From: Alloascoidea hylecoeti
Lineage: Eukaryota
Assembly (NCBI GenBank): GCA_001600815.1
Contig: BCKZ01000001.1
Coordinates: 726,613-790,612 of the forward strand
Direction: 5' to 3'
Length of the DNA: 64,000 bases
Positions 36,398 to 47,644 of the stretch are shown here, piece by piece (the stretch's first letter is position 1; each line of letters starts with the position of its first letter). The notes below the pieces were generated by a model. The model was not told where the DNA came from and searched no databases. It was given only the letters and a program-made list of their open reading frames with translations. The translations under genes were made by a program, and so were the position numbers.

Positions 36398-37140
36398 ATG
36401 AATAGGTTATTTGGCTCAAAGTCAAAAGCACCCAAACCCTCTCTGTCGGATGCTACAAATAGCGTACGTCCCATAATTGCTAGTAGTAGTGTTATTAATT
36501 ACCGGTGGCGATCCTCTGTTTAACTTTAATATTAACAATTTAATAGATCGATACAAGAATTGCATCTTTAGATGTTAAACTAACAAAACTAAATGCCGAA
36601 CTATCGACATACCAACAAAAACTATCAAGAATGCGAGATGGCCCCGGAAAATCAACATTGAAACAAAAGGCATTAAAATTACTAAAACAAAAACGAATGA
36701 TTGAATCCCAAAAGGATAGTTTGGAATCACAATCTTGGAATATGTCTCAAACATTAATGACAACTGAAAATTTAAAAAATACTATGATTTCAATTGATGT
36801 TATGAAGCAATCAAATAAAGAATTGAAAAAGCAATATGGCAAAATTAATATTGATAAAATTGAACAGATTCAGGATGAAATGGAGGATTTATTGGATTTA
36901 AATCAAGAGTTACAAGACACAATGAGTAGAAGCTATGCTGTACCTGATGATATTTCTGAATCGGAATTGGATGCAGAATTAGAAGCACTTGGTGATGAGA
37001 TAGAATATGCCGCTTTAGAAGGTGAAAATGAATCGAATATTCCAAGTTATTTAACTGAAGACACTGCCAATGCTCCTACTTTTATTGATGAGCCACCTGT
37101 TGAGGAAACCACATCTCAACAAAAACAAACTGCTGCATAA
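36398..37140 (+). CDS. VPS60: ESCRT-III accessory Vps60/CHMP5, 2 exons
   Basis: Starts MNRLFG..K...PKPSL. Intron 36464-36546 (GTACGT..TAG). Snf7-family motifs KQKALKLLKQKRM.E.Q and DE.ELDAELEAL. Confidence 0.92.
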
Positions 37141-37535
37141 AATTACATATATTAATAATAACATATGTTATGATCCGTTCTTCATATTGCGTTTCTTATT
37201 TCCTTAGTTTTCTCATCTAGATCTGATTTTTTTAAATTAAATTGAAAAAAAAATCTATAATTAGTTTCATAATAATATATGATCTTGTTGTTAATTGTAA
37301 ATAAAAACTAGTTAACCAAATAAATCCCTACTAGAAATTAAGGTGTAAATCATAGAGTTGATCCAATAAAACGTATGACTTTAAAAAGTTGAATAGCAAA
37401 CATGTGGAGGTAGGAAAGAAATCGGGAATAGTCGGGTAAAAACTTTTCAAATAAAAAGGGTCCAACTGATTTTTCTTTTTACTTTTCCACATCTTTTTAA
37501 TTCTTAAACCCAAATATAAAGAAATTAACAAAACA

Positions 37536-38984
37536 ATGTCATCTTTTGAAACTTACAAAACACCACTTGTCGGCCGTTATGCTTCTCCGGAAATGGCCCA
37601 GCTTTTTTCTGAAAAGACAAGATATTCAACTTGGAGACAATTATGGTATAATTTAGCCGTTGCCGAAAAAGAACTTGGATTGGATGTTGTTACTGATGAG
37701 GCAATTAAAGAATTAAAAGCAAATATTAAAATCACTGATGCTGAAATTGAGGCTGCTAAAGTTCAAGAAGCAATTGTTAGACATGATGTTATGTCTCATG
37801 TTCACACTCTTGGTGAATCTGCTCCTGCTGCTGCCGGTATAATACATTTAGGTGCCACCTCTTGTTATGTTACAGACAATGCTGATTTGATCTTTTTAAG
37901 AGATGGTTTAGACTTATTGATTCCAAAGCTTGTCAATGTCATTAATAACTTAAGTCAATTTGCTTTGAAATATAAAGATTTGCCTGTTCTTGGTTTTACC
38001 CATTTTCAACCTGCTCAGTTAACAACATTGGGTAAGCGTTTTACACTATATATCCAAGATTTTCTTATTGACTTAGAAAATTTGAAACGATTAAGAAATT
38101 CTATTGGTTTGAGAGGTGTTAAAGGTACAACTGGTACACAGGCTTCTTTCTTAGCTTTATTCCACGGTGATCATGATAAAGTTGAAAAATTAGATCAACG
38201 AGTTGTTGAATTATGTGGCTTTGACTTTGCCTACCCATGTACTGGACAAACCGCTTCAAGAAAAATTGATCTGGAAGTCATAAATCCTTTGGTTTCATTG
38301 GCAGCAAGTTCATATCGTTTTGCCAATGATTTACGTCTAATGGCCCACATGCAAGAGGTTGAAGAGCCTTTTGAAAAGAATCAAATAGGCTCATCAGCCA
38401 TGGCGTACAAAAGAAACCCAATGAGATCTGAACGTGTTTGTTCAATTGCTAGATTGGTTGGTCCATTGGCAATGAATGCTTTTAACACTGCTTGTGTTCA
38501 ATGGTTTGAGAGAACCTTGGACGATTCGGCAAATAGACGTGTAATTATTCCAGAAGCTTTCTTAGCTTCTGATGGTATTTTACTAACATTATTAAACATC
38601 TCGTCTGGTCTTGTGGTTTATCCCAAGGTCATCGAGAGAAGAATTAAAGGTGTGTTACCATTCATGGCAACTGAGAATATTATAATGGAGACTGTGCAAA
38701 ACGGAGGCGACAGACAGGTCTGCCACGAAAAAATACGGGTACTTTCACATCAGGCAGCATCCGTTGTCAAAAATGATGGTGGAGACAATGATTTAATTGA
38801 AAGAATTAAAAAAGATGAGTATTTTAAACCTATTTGGAATAAATTGGATTCTTTGTTAGATCCCTCGACTTTTATTGGTAGAGCACCAGAACAAGCTGAA
38901 AAGTTTGTTAATGTAAATGTCAAGGAAGCTTTAAAAGAGTATAAAAATGTCATTTCAACTGAAAATGTTGATTTGAAGGTTTAA
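37536..38984 (+). CDS. ADE13: Adenylosuccinate lyase
   Basis: Motifs [37 protein letters not shown] and [16 protein letters not shown]. Confidence 0.98.
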   Translation: MSSFETYKTPLVGRYASPEMAQLFSEKTRYSTWRQLWYNLAVAEKELGLDVVTDEAIKELKANIKITDAEIEAAKVQEAIVRHDVMSHVHTLGESAPAAAGIIHLGATSCYVTDNADLIFLRDGLDLLIPKLVNVINNLSQFALKYKDLPVLGFTHFQPAQLTTLGKRFTLYIQDFLIDLENLKRLRNSIGLRGVKGTTGTQASFLALFHGDHDKVEKLDQRVVELCGFDFAYPCTGQTASRKIDLEVINPLVSLAASSYRFANDLRLMAHMQEVEEPFEKNQIGSSAMAYKRNPMRSERVCSIARLVGPLAMNAFNTACVQWFERTLDDSANRRVIIPEAFLASDGILLTLLNISSGLVVYPKVIERRIKGVLPFMATENIIMETVQNGGDRQVCHEKIRVLSHQAASVVKNDGGDNDLIERIKKDEYFKPIWNKLDSLLDPSTFIGRAPEQAEKFVNVNVKEALKEYKNVISTENVDLKV

Positions 38985-39274
38985 CCTCAGAAATTCATCT
39001 TACGAAAATATTCATGTCTTCTTGTTTTGATACTATCTTTATATACAAACGTTTTTATTTCCAATTATCTCAAATGAAGTTGTACTACTATATAATATTA
39101 TATATATGACAATAGCTAAATCTCATCCGTTATTTAACAATATCTAATTATGAGTTTCTAAGTTGTAGACAACAAAGTTGTCGTAAGCGCTTGAGAAGCT
39201 ATGCAGAATCAGAAATCAAACTCTATGATCATAAAATCATAAAACATACAACTTCATTATAAGAAATTCTCATC

Positions 39275-40300
39275 TTATTTTCTTCTTACAGCCATAAAGT
39301 AATTACCAACATTACAATCATCAGTTAACTTCCATCCATAAGCTGGAATGAACAATGATCCTGCAGATTTGACAACTTCAAAATCAGGTTGTTTATTAAA
39401 CCAATCTCTCAATTCAGACTCATTTATATATTTTGATAATGTATGGGTTCCTTTTGGTACTATTTTCAAGATATCTTCACCCATGAAAATAGTTGTAAAC
39501 CATGATATTGGGGTTCTATTTATTGTTGATAGAAATATCCAACCACCAGGTTTTACTTTATCAAGTGTAATTGATAGAACTTCAGAAGGATATGGTACAT
39601 GCTCAAGCATTTCAAACATTGTAACGATATCGTATTTTTCATCCTTTCCAATATTTTCTAATTCAATCAATCGATAATCAAGTTTAGAATCAAGTATTGG
39701 ATCAAGTGCTTTATGTGCTTTAGCTGCTTCAAGAACCTCACTTGATAGATCTATTCCCCTTACTTTTTTAGTTATATCCAGTCTTGCCAAGCATTCAGAT
39801 AATATTCCACCCCCACATCCAACATCAAGGATTTCCAATTTTCCCTTCATTTCCTCCCATTTCTTATCCCTTGCTTGATTCTGTTCCAGTCTAACTTGAT
39901 TGGCAACAGGTTCAGGTAATAACTCTAAAGAATAACCAGGCACAAAAACACCATCATCTTCTCCAGTTTCTGTTACATTATCACCGGAAATCTTTAAATT
40001 TTCACGGAGGGTTTGGTTTATAAAGTCCATTCTTAAAAGATTCAGTTTATGAAGAATACGCTGTGGACCTTGAGTATCCCACCATGAATCTGCTAAGAGT
40101 TTAAAATGCGCTAGTTCATCTTGAGATGCTGCCGTTTTACCACTACCCGTGTAATTTGTATTATCCAATGATGATTCTGCTTTATAACTGCTAATTGAAA
40201 AATGACACGATGATAAAGCGTTATTAATGGGATATATATTATAAACAGACCCTGAAATCCTTTGTATAATTCTCTTATTCAAACCTCTTAGTTTTAACAT
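39275..40300 (-). CDS. COQ3: Ubiquinone biosynthesis O-methyltransferase
   Basis: Motifs WWD..GPQRILHK.N..R.DFI, ILDVGCGGGILSECLARL, FEMLEHV..P and VPKGTH...KYI. First ATG at 40300. Confidence 0.95.
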   Translation of the reverse strand: MLKLRGLNKRIIQRISGSVYNIYPINNALSSCHFSISSYKAESSLDNTNYTGSGKTAASQDELAHFKLLADSWWDTQGPQRILHKLNLLRMDFINQTLRENLKISGDNVTETGEDDGVFVPGYSLELLPEPVANQVRLEQNQARDKKWEEMKGKLEILDVGCGGGILSECLARLDITKKVRGIDLSSEVLEAAKAHKALDPILDSKLDYRLIELENIGKDEKYDIVTMFEMLEHVPYPSEVLSITLDKVKPGGWIFLSTINRTPISWFTTIFMGEDILKIVPKGTHTLSKYINESELRDWFNKQPDFEVVKSAGSLFIPAYGWKLTDDCNVGNYFMAVRRK

Positions 40301-40471
40301 TTTTATATACAAAAACGCTTAATATAATAATAATCTCATTTGCTACAAAAACATCTCCAAACTCCGGGTAAACTACCAAACTTCTCCCAAGAACGCGAAA
40401 TCTCTGGAAATTCATAAAAATATCACAGTGAAATTTATCATCTTTTATAATTTCTTTTTTTGTAATTAGAT

Positions 40472-43030
40472 ATGTCATCTCCACGGTCTAAAGACCTGGC
40501 ACCACAGGAAGCACTGGTAGCTACACGTTCCAGGAGGAAAAATGCAGGGAGTCGATTACGACAATTACTTGAACAGGAGGCACCACTGGAAGATGAGGAG
40601 AATATATTTATGGAAGTTGAAGGCGATGAAGAGTTTGACTTGGAGGCTGAGGAGAAAAGACAACGGAAGATAAAGGAAAGGAGGAAAAAGAAACTTAAAA
40701 GGAAGTTAAGTGCTAATAATAAAGAGAGTAAAGGGGATAATAACAACAATGCTAATGATGATCCCGAGACTTCACAGATGGAAGAAAATACAGATACAGA
40801 TGGCCCCTTAAATAATGATAATACTAAAGATATTGAAGAAGATGAAGACGATGACGACGATAGTAATAAAATTGAGGATGATGATGATGTTTTCAGTGAT
40901 TCAGATTCAGATTCAGATGGTAAATCAGATGAGGAAGAAGGTGAAAAAGAACTGCAACGACAAATCCAACAAGATAAAAAAAACAAAAGAACAAAATTTA
41001 AAGTTCCACCAATTATCGCAAAACGACCGATATCTAATTCATCTTCTGAAGTCAAAGAGAAAAAAAGAAAATTCCCAACATCTGCTCAGCTATTAGATTC
41101 ACGAAGAAGATCATCATCACGAACAGCAGCTGTTCAAAATAGAGAAGCTGTTATTAAGCGACTTGAGGAATCTGAAAAACGGAGAGCAAAATATCAACCT
41201 GTTGAAAAACCAAAAATCCATCATTTAACACAAGAAGAAAGATTAAAAGAAGCTGAAATTACCGAACAAAAAAATATCTTATCATTAAATAGATTTAAAG
41301 AACAAGAATATTTAAAAAAGAAAAAACAGAGAGCTGCAATGCTGGCAAGGAGGCCACATTTAACTTCAGTTATAAGCTATATCAGTACAAGCCGATTAAT
41401 TGGACCTGTTGCGCCTCCCCGTAAAAAACTAATTGAAGATATAACTTCGGAAACAACTACAAAGAGTGATGAAGATGATAAGAAGACAATTTTGCTAAAT
41501 ACAAAGGAAATTGAACCCGCTAAAACTAATGATGTGAGGATAGATGGTAAAGATAAAGAAACCCATAAATCTCACAAATCAGTTACCTTTAACTTGGATA
41601 ATGAATGCAATCCAATTGAAGACACTAATAAATCGAACGATCCTGAGAGGGAAGAAGCAACAGAGAATAACGTAAAGAAGGACAACAATGATGATGATAA
41701 TGTCACTACTAATATTAATATTTCTCTTGACGATAAAGATGCAACTAGGGAAACTACTGAAAAAGAAGATGATGAGAAAACAGCAACTGCCGATATCACA
41801 GAACAACAACAAATATCTGAAACACACAACATGACTGCTGATACAGTTATGGTGGATGCTAATGCCAATTTAGGGGTAAACACAGAAAGTATAAGTGATA
41901 GTAATGAAACTGTGCCAAATGATGTGATACAAAAAAACAAGGAAGAATTTGAAAAACCGGATAATGACATATGCATGGATGTAGATCGTGATGAAGAGGA
42001 AGAAAAATTAAATAAACGTGTTGATGTTGATAATGCTAAAACTGATCTTAACACATCGGCAGCTCAGGGTGATAACTCACCAATAAATAATGAACAAATC
42101 AATGGATCCGAACCAAACGAAGAAATAATAAAAGAAGGCCCAGGAGCTACTATTGATGATCCAATGGATATTGACGATGATGTTGTGATTATTGATCCCA
42201 AGACAACTGGAGATGCAAATGACCATGATAAGATTAAAACATTAGGGGACTTAACCGTTGAAATAAAATCAAGTGAGCGGATTGACGAATCATCAATCAC
42301 GGAATTAAAAGGGACACCTAATGATATAGACTTATTAAATGCAACAGACTCAAATAACAATACTAAAACTAACAATGATTTGGTTTCAAGTTCAGGTACG
42401 GAAAATGAAATAACCGTCATTAAAAATCCAACAGAAAGTACATTAAATAATAATGATTGTGAAAATGTTATCGTAACTCCCACTACTTCAGCTGTTATTA
42501 CAGTTAAGCAAGAAGATGCCAACGCATTACCACTAATAACTAAGACCAAAACTCCAACACCAGAACCAGAAGTTCAAGGCCCATATAATAAAATATCTGT
42601 TTCAACCATTAATTTAATTGATTTTCCTGATAATATTGTCTTATCAAGGTTAAAAATAAAAGAGATATTATTTGGTAAACAATCAATAATTGCACCCAAA
42701 TATCCATCAAAGCATGCAAACCCAATCACAATTACATCCACAAGTGGTAGAATGGCACCCATTAATACGGGATCTTCTTCGTCTTCTGCTTCATCTACAA
42801 AACGTTCATGTTTAATTACTGGTAAACCTGCCGTTTATTTTGATCCGAAGACAAATATTCCTTATAGTAGTATTGATGCCTATAGAGTTATTAAAAAGAT
42901 TAGTCAAGGAAAAGTTGCATGGTGTGGAGATCTAGATACGAATAGTAGTATTATTGGTGGGGGTGCTTATTTAGGATGGAGAATTGGTAGAAGACATGCA
43001 AAAGGTGTGCCCGAAGGATTTGATGGATAA
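40472..43030 (+). CDS. VPS72: SWR1 complex subunit Vps72/Swc2 (YL1)
   Basis: N-terminal LVATRSRRKNAGSRLRQLL, central LTQEERLKEAEITEQKNILSL, and C-terminal YL1-C motif CLITGKPAVYFDPKTNIPYSSIDAYRVI. Confidence 0.93.
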   Translation: MSSPRSKDLAPQEALVATRSRRKNAGSRLRQLLEQEAPLEDEENIFMEVEGDEEFDLEAEEKRQRKIKERRKKKLKRKLSANNKESKGDNNNNANDDPETSQMEENTDTDGPLNNDNTKDIEEDEDDDDDSNKIEDDDDVFSDSDSDSDGKSDEEEGEKELQRQIQQDKKNKRTKFKVPPIIAKRPISNSSSEVKEKKRKFPTSAQLLDSRRRSSSRTAAVQNREAVIKRLEESEKRRAKYQPVEKPKIHHLTQEERLKEAEITEQKNILSLNRFKEQEYLKKKKQRAAMLARRPHLTSVISYISTSRLIGPVAPPRKKLIEDITSETTTKSDEDDKKTILLNTKEIEPAKTNDVRIDGKDKETHKSHKSVTFNLDNECNPIEDTNKSNDPEREEATENNVKKDNNDDDNVTTNINISLDDKDATRETTEKEDDEKTATADITEQQQISETHNMTADTVMVDANANLGVNTESISDSNETVPNDVIQKNKEEFEKPDNDICMDVDRDEEEEKLNKRVDVDNAKTDLNTSAAQGDNSPINNEQINGSEPNEEIIKEGPGATIDDPMDIDDDVVIIDPKTTGDANDHDKIKTLGDLTVEIKSSERIDESSITELKGTPNDIDLLNATDSNNNTKTNNDLVSSSGTENEITVIKNPTESTLNNNDCENVIVTPTTSAVITVKQEDANALPLITKTKTPTPEPEVQGPYNKISVSTINLIDFPDNIVLSRLKIKEILFGKQSIIAPKYPSKHANPITITSTSGRMAPINTGSSSSSASSTKRSCLITGKPAVYFDPKTNIPYSSIDAYRVIKKISQGKVAWCGDLDTNSSIIGGGAYLGWRIGRRHAKGVPEGFDG

Positions 43031-44089
43031 TGTACAAGTATTTTCACCAGATGGATGAATACAATATTGCAGCATATACCTATACCAATGATACTCATTT
43101 ATGGCATGGCTGTCAAAGATATAGGCCCTATAGCTATACATGTATAAGGTATTGAAGGGAAAAAAAATGATATTATTAGGGATATAGCTAAAATTATAAA
43201 ACTAACAGTAAGATTGGTGTATAGAGACCATCATACTAAACATTAAGTTAAGAAAAATCCGCGATCGCCTTTTATATACAATTAAATTACTTTAGCAACA
43301 TTAACAGTTAATGGGTTAATAAATAATGGAAATGAAAAAAAAAAAAGATAAAAAATAATGCATTTGATTTATATATAAGATAAGACAATAATGGCAATAG
43401 CAATTGCCGCCCCCAAACAAAAAACGCCAAATAATGGATATGTTTAAAACCAATAAACAAAAGAAAAAATTGGTTGTAAGGCTTATAAGTTATATATTAT
43501 AATTTAAATTTAAAATTTTAAAAGAAAACCATATGCCGAAGTAGCACATAAACATTTTTATAGAAATCATAGGTAATAAATTAAATGATAAGCTTATGAT
43601 AGTTATTCATTTTTCAGAAAAAAAGATTGATTATTAAACATTATAATATAATTAGTATATTAGTGATTGGAATTAGTTGATTAGTGATTGAATAAGGTAG
43701 GTTTTTATAATTAGTGAAGCAGTTTGGTTGGTTATTAGTGAGCGAATATGGTAGGTTATTAGAAATTAGGTGAGTTATTCGTGTTTGAATAAGGTGAGAT
43801 ATTAGTGAAAGCGATGAATATGTATATGATTAGTGATAATAATAATAGATCAAAATGAATGTTTTTCGTAATAGTGATAGTAACAAATAATGAGGTAATT
43901 ATAATGAATATTAATAAAAAGAATTAATTATGTAGTGTGAACTTGTGAAGTAACCAAAGCAGTTTAAAAAATAAATTTGTCGATCAATTGCAACATTAAT
44001 AGGTGAAACTGAAATTAAAAGTAGTAAAATAAAAGTTTTTTTAAATAATAGAAGTCGTGTATAATAATCAGAACCGAAAATGCTCTAAT

Positions 44090-45301
44090 CTATGATGATG
44101 AAACGAAAATTTGTTTTCTATTTGCAATACTGGCTCCATTAAATGGAAATGTAGTTGAAGGATTCCATTGTATGTATTCTTGGGCGGCCATACTAATAAC
44201 TGAAGCAATAGCAATAGCATTCCCAGTACTATGTTCAGGTTCTATGATTAAATAAACGTGTTAGTTATATTGTTAAGAGGTCAAAAAAATGAGTGTTGTT
44301 AAGTTTCCAGATTAGGAAATAAACGTATATTTAAAGAACATACCAAGTAAATCTAATTCAGCTAATGTTATTAAAGAATTATCAGGGCTTGAGCAATTAA
44401 GACATTCAATACTAATTACAGTTCCACAAATTGCAATACCGAATAAAGATTTGTTTTCACGGTATCGAGTTTCATTTGCAATTTCACGAAGTTGAGAATC
44501 TAATCTTTTTTTACATCTGTATAAATCTGCAGGCATTTTTATATCTTTGTAGATTGATTGAAGATGTAAGTAATCTCTTAAGTTAGAATCTAATATTATG
44601 AAGAAAAAAAACAAAGTATTGGTTAGTTGAAATATTAAATAGATGCATATTACGCAGACTTATAATAAAAAGAACATACCGAAACCACAAATATTAGTTG
44701 ACATCCAATTTGCAAAACTTTTGATTGTATTTATAATTAACCAAGTGGAAGATGGAGAAGCAGTAAAACAGGATTTGTTTGAATTTAATTCCTTTAATTT
44801 TGAACCAAGGGACAGTAATCGTTTAAAATATCTGGTACCAGTCAAATGAATTTTTGAAGGTTTATCAGTTGGAACAATGGCAGTTTCAATAGTTGCCGGA
44901 CTAATATTGTCACTGACATTATTATCATCAAGATAATTGGCAGATTCAATTTCAGAATCGGAAACACTATTTGTATTAGATGTAGTATTACCGCCTATGA
45001 ATAACGTTTCTGGTAATTCAGGTAAAAAATCTTTCCATTCATTTGGCAGACATGGAGTTTTGCCTCTATTTTCAAGCATTAAAGATAACTTTGAAATTCG
45101 GTGTGTTGGAGAATCTTTAAATTTTATTAATTCTCGAGCTTCGCATTCTGAATCTGTTTCACTAACGGTTGAAAGATCAACTGTCGAAGGTGAATCTGGT
45201 AATAAATTTTCAGAAGGCTGCTGTTGTAAAGGTAGCCACGCATCATCTTTTGAGATGTCATTAGAAGATAGTTCAAGATGATTAAGTCCTTGAATAGACA
45301 T
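44090..45301 (-). CDS. Uncharacterised 3-exon protein (339 aa)
   Basis: Exons 45301-44680, 44589-44344 and 44241-44090 total 1020 nt in frame. Introns 44590-44679 and 44242-44343 both have GTATGT...CTAAC...TAG. No family recognised. Confidence 0.65.
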
Positions 45302-45601
45302 AACTAATTATGGGAGAGTATAAAATATAGATATGGATTTATATATGGATATGGAGTAGTATATATACGTATATGGAATGTATTCCGTTTCCGCTAGGCG
45401 CCTGAACCCCCGAAGAGATTATAAGCAATATTCTATTTACACCAATATTTTATTTGCAATCGTTATAATGTGTTAATATTATTTGGCTGATATGTTATTA
45501 TTTATATCGTTATTATATAATTATTATACACCACTACTCCAATCTGCCGCAGCCACAAACACAGACACAAACAGATCTGGAGACACGAACACAAAACACC
45601 A

Positions 45602-47078
45602 ATGAACAGCCCTTCAACTCCTCCGTTTGGCCAGGAAACCTCGACTGTTTGGGCTCCTCAGCCATCCACTTTAACTCCATCAATAGCAAGACCTCCTTTT
45701 GATCCTTGCTCACGCGATCTCATATCAATTTCAATACTCCCAGAAAAAGAGGGTCTTGTTTTTAAGCATGTCAACTATCAGGTCGAAAGTTCAACTGACA
45801 GCAAAGTTATTAGAAGATATAGTGACTTTTCATGGCTTCTAGAGCAACTGGTAAAAATACATCCCTTTCGATTATTACCAGACCTACGTAAGTCTTATTT
45901 ATAACTGTGGTGCCACATGTTAATATTTACTAACTTTTCTCTCTTTATCTTAGCTCCTAAGAAATTTAATAGTATGTACCTTTTATTTTTTTATCGATGC
46001 ACATCTTATGATCGTTATTTTATTTTGCTTGTTTTTTCAATAGTCCTAATGTTAACAAAAAGTTACTACTGGTGAAGTTGCTGGTTCTACCGACTCTCTA
46101 TTTATTGAAACCCGTCGTCGAGGGTTATCCAGATTTATAAATCAAATATCAAAGCACCCGATTTTATCAAAAGATCCCTTGGTAACGGCTTTTTTAACTG
46201 TACCTACTGAATTATCCGTTTGGAGAAGGCAAACTTCCATTGATTCCACTGATGAATTAATTGGTAAAAAAGCCAATCCTTCTTTTATTGAAGAGTGGAA
46301 TGAAGATGATGAAAAACAATGGAAGGAAACTCATGCTTCAGTTAGAAGACAATATCAACAATGGCAGTAAGTATTACACTTCTATATGTATATTTCTATA
46401 ATTTTGAAGAAAAACTAACTATTTTCCTTTTCTAGACGAATGTGTATCTTAATCGAAAGATTAGAAAAACGACAGCAAGCAATTGCTGCTGACTATGCTC
46501 GGTTTTCATTAGCTTTAAATGCATACCCAGAGGATTCAAACATCATTTATTCAAACGATTTAACAGATGTTTCACAAATAAATACGGGTATTACATCATT
46601 CTCTAAACATTTAATTAAATCAAAGGAACAAATGGAATCACAATCAAATATATTTAATACAAAAACTTTAGAAGATTTTAAAACTTATACTGATTATATT
46701 AATGCGTTAAAAAATTTATTTGATAGATTGTTAATATTTGGTAAAAATGATATTAGTAAACTTGAAGAAAATATAAAATCAGCTAATTTAAATCTTAATG
46801 TTTTATCGAAAAGGCCCGATGTTAAAGGTTCTGAATTAGAAAAATTAAAACAACAAATTGTACAAGGTAAAAAGAAAATATCAGTGCAAACGAATAGAGA
46901 TTGGTTAATTAAAGAGTGTATCAAAGAAGAATTAAATATTTTTCAAGATACTCAATATTTAGTTTCTAATTTAATACAAAATTGGTCAGCTAATCTATTC
47001 AAATTTTCTGAATTAGCAAGTGATAATTGGATGAAGTTAGTTAAGGATGTTGAAGAAATTCCCAATAAAAGATCTTAA
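45602..47078 (+). CDS. MVP1: Sorting nexin Mvp1/SNX8 (PX-BAR), 4 exons
   Basis: Motifs PEKEGLVFKHVNY, VIRRYSDFSWL, PFRLLP.LPPK, F.E.RRRGLSRFINQ and FLTVPTELSVWR. Introns 45888-45953, 45972-46062 (or -46077) and 46367-46435. Confidence 0.9.
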
Positions 47079-47295
47079 TTATCAACCAAAACTAGCATTG
47101 CAAAATGTTATAATTAATTAAAATTATACAGCTGTTTAATTATAAGCATAGTATAATATATTGTATAGAATAAGTTTAGTAACAAGGTAATGTTAATTTT
47201 ATATGTTACAATTATAATTATACATAGGCTATAGTTGTATTATCATGAAATGTAAATTATGCCGGAATCAAATTCAATCCTTATAAAGTCATTTC

Positions 47296-47455
47296 ACTTA
47301 ATTTAGGCCATCTGGAAGACTAAGCATTCGGTCAGATGATGAACAAACGCCCATTTTTAACTAGCTAAATATTCGGCTATTGTATGCGCTAATGTTCGGG
47401 CATATTAACTACAACATATCGGCCCTTGATATGATATGCTAATTTTCGGCCATTA
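47296..47455 (+). repeat. Periodic (~24 nt) array of a degenerate CTAATNTTCGGCCA motif
   Basis: About 7 degenerate copies with GG/CG cores at about 47306, 47330, 47349, 47375, 47398, 47421 and 47448. Shares 15 exact bp with the foldback arm at 30517-30531. Confidence 0.6.
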
Positions 47456-47644
47456 TAAATACAAATATTCACCGGTTCCCTTGGTTTTTGGCCCTACCTG
47501 GAAAAAATAATGTTTCTTTTCCAGACAACACCATAACTTAAATCTTTATTAAACTAAACCTCAAATTACACAAAGTAATATTAGAAAAACGCTCTGTATA
47601 AGAGTAAAAAAAAGCCCTTGATCTCCTCTTTCTAATCATGCTAT

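Noticed and set aside
40438..42762. Long antisense ORFs (205, 160 and 161 aa) opposite VPS72
   Set aside because: Shadow frames of acidic low-complexity coding sequence (Ser/Leu/Phe-rich); no independent gene signals.
47296..47455. Repeat-spacer pattern read as CRISPR
   Set aside because: Repeats are only about 14 nt and highly degenerate, spacers about 10 nt, and the host is a eukaryote.
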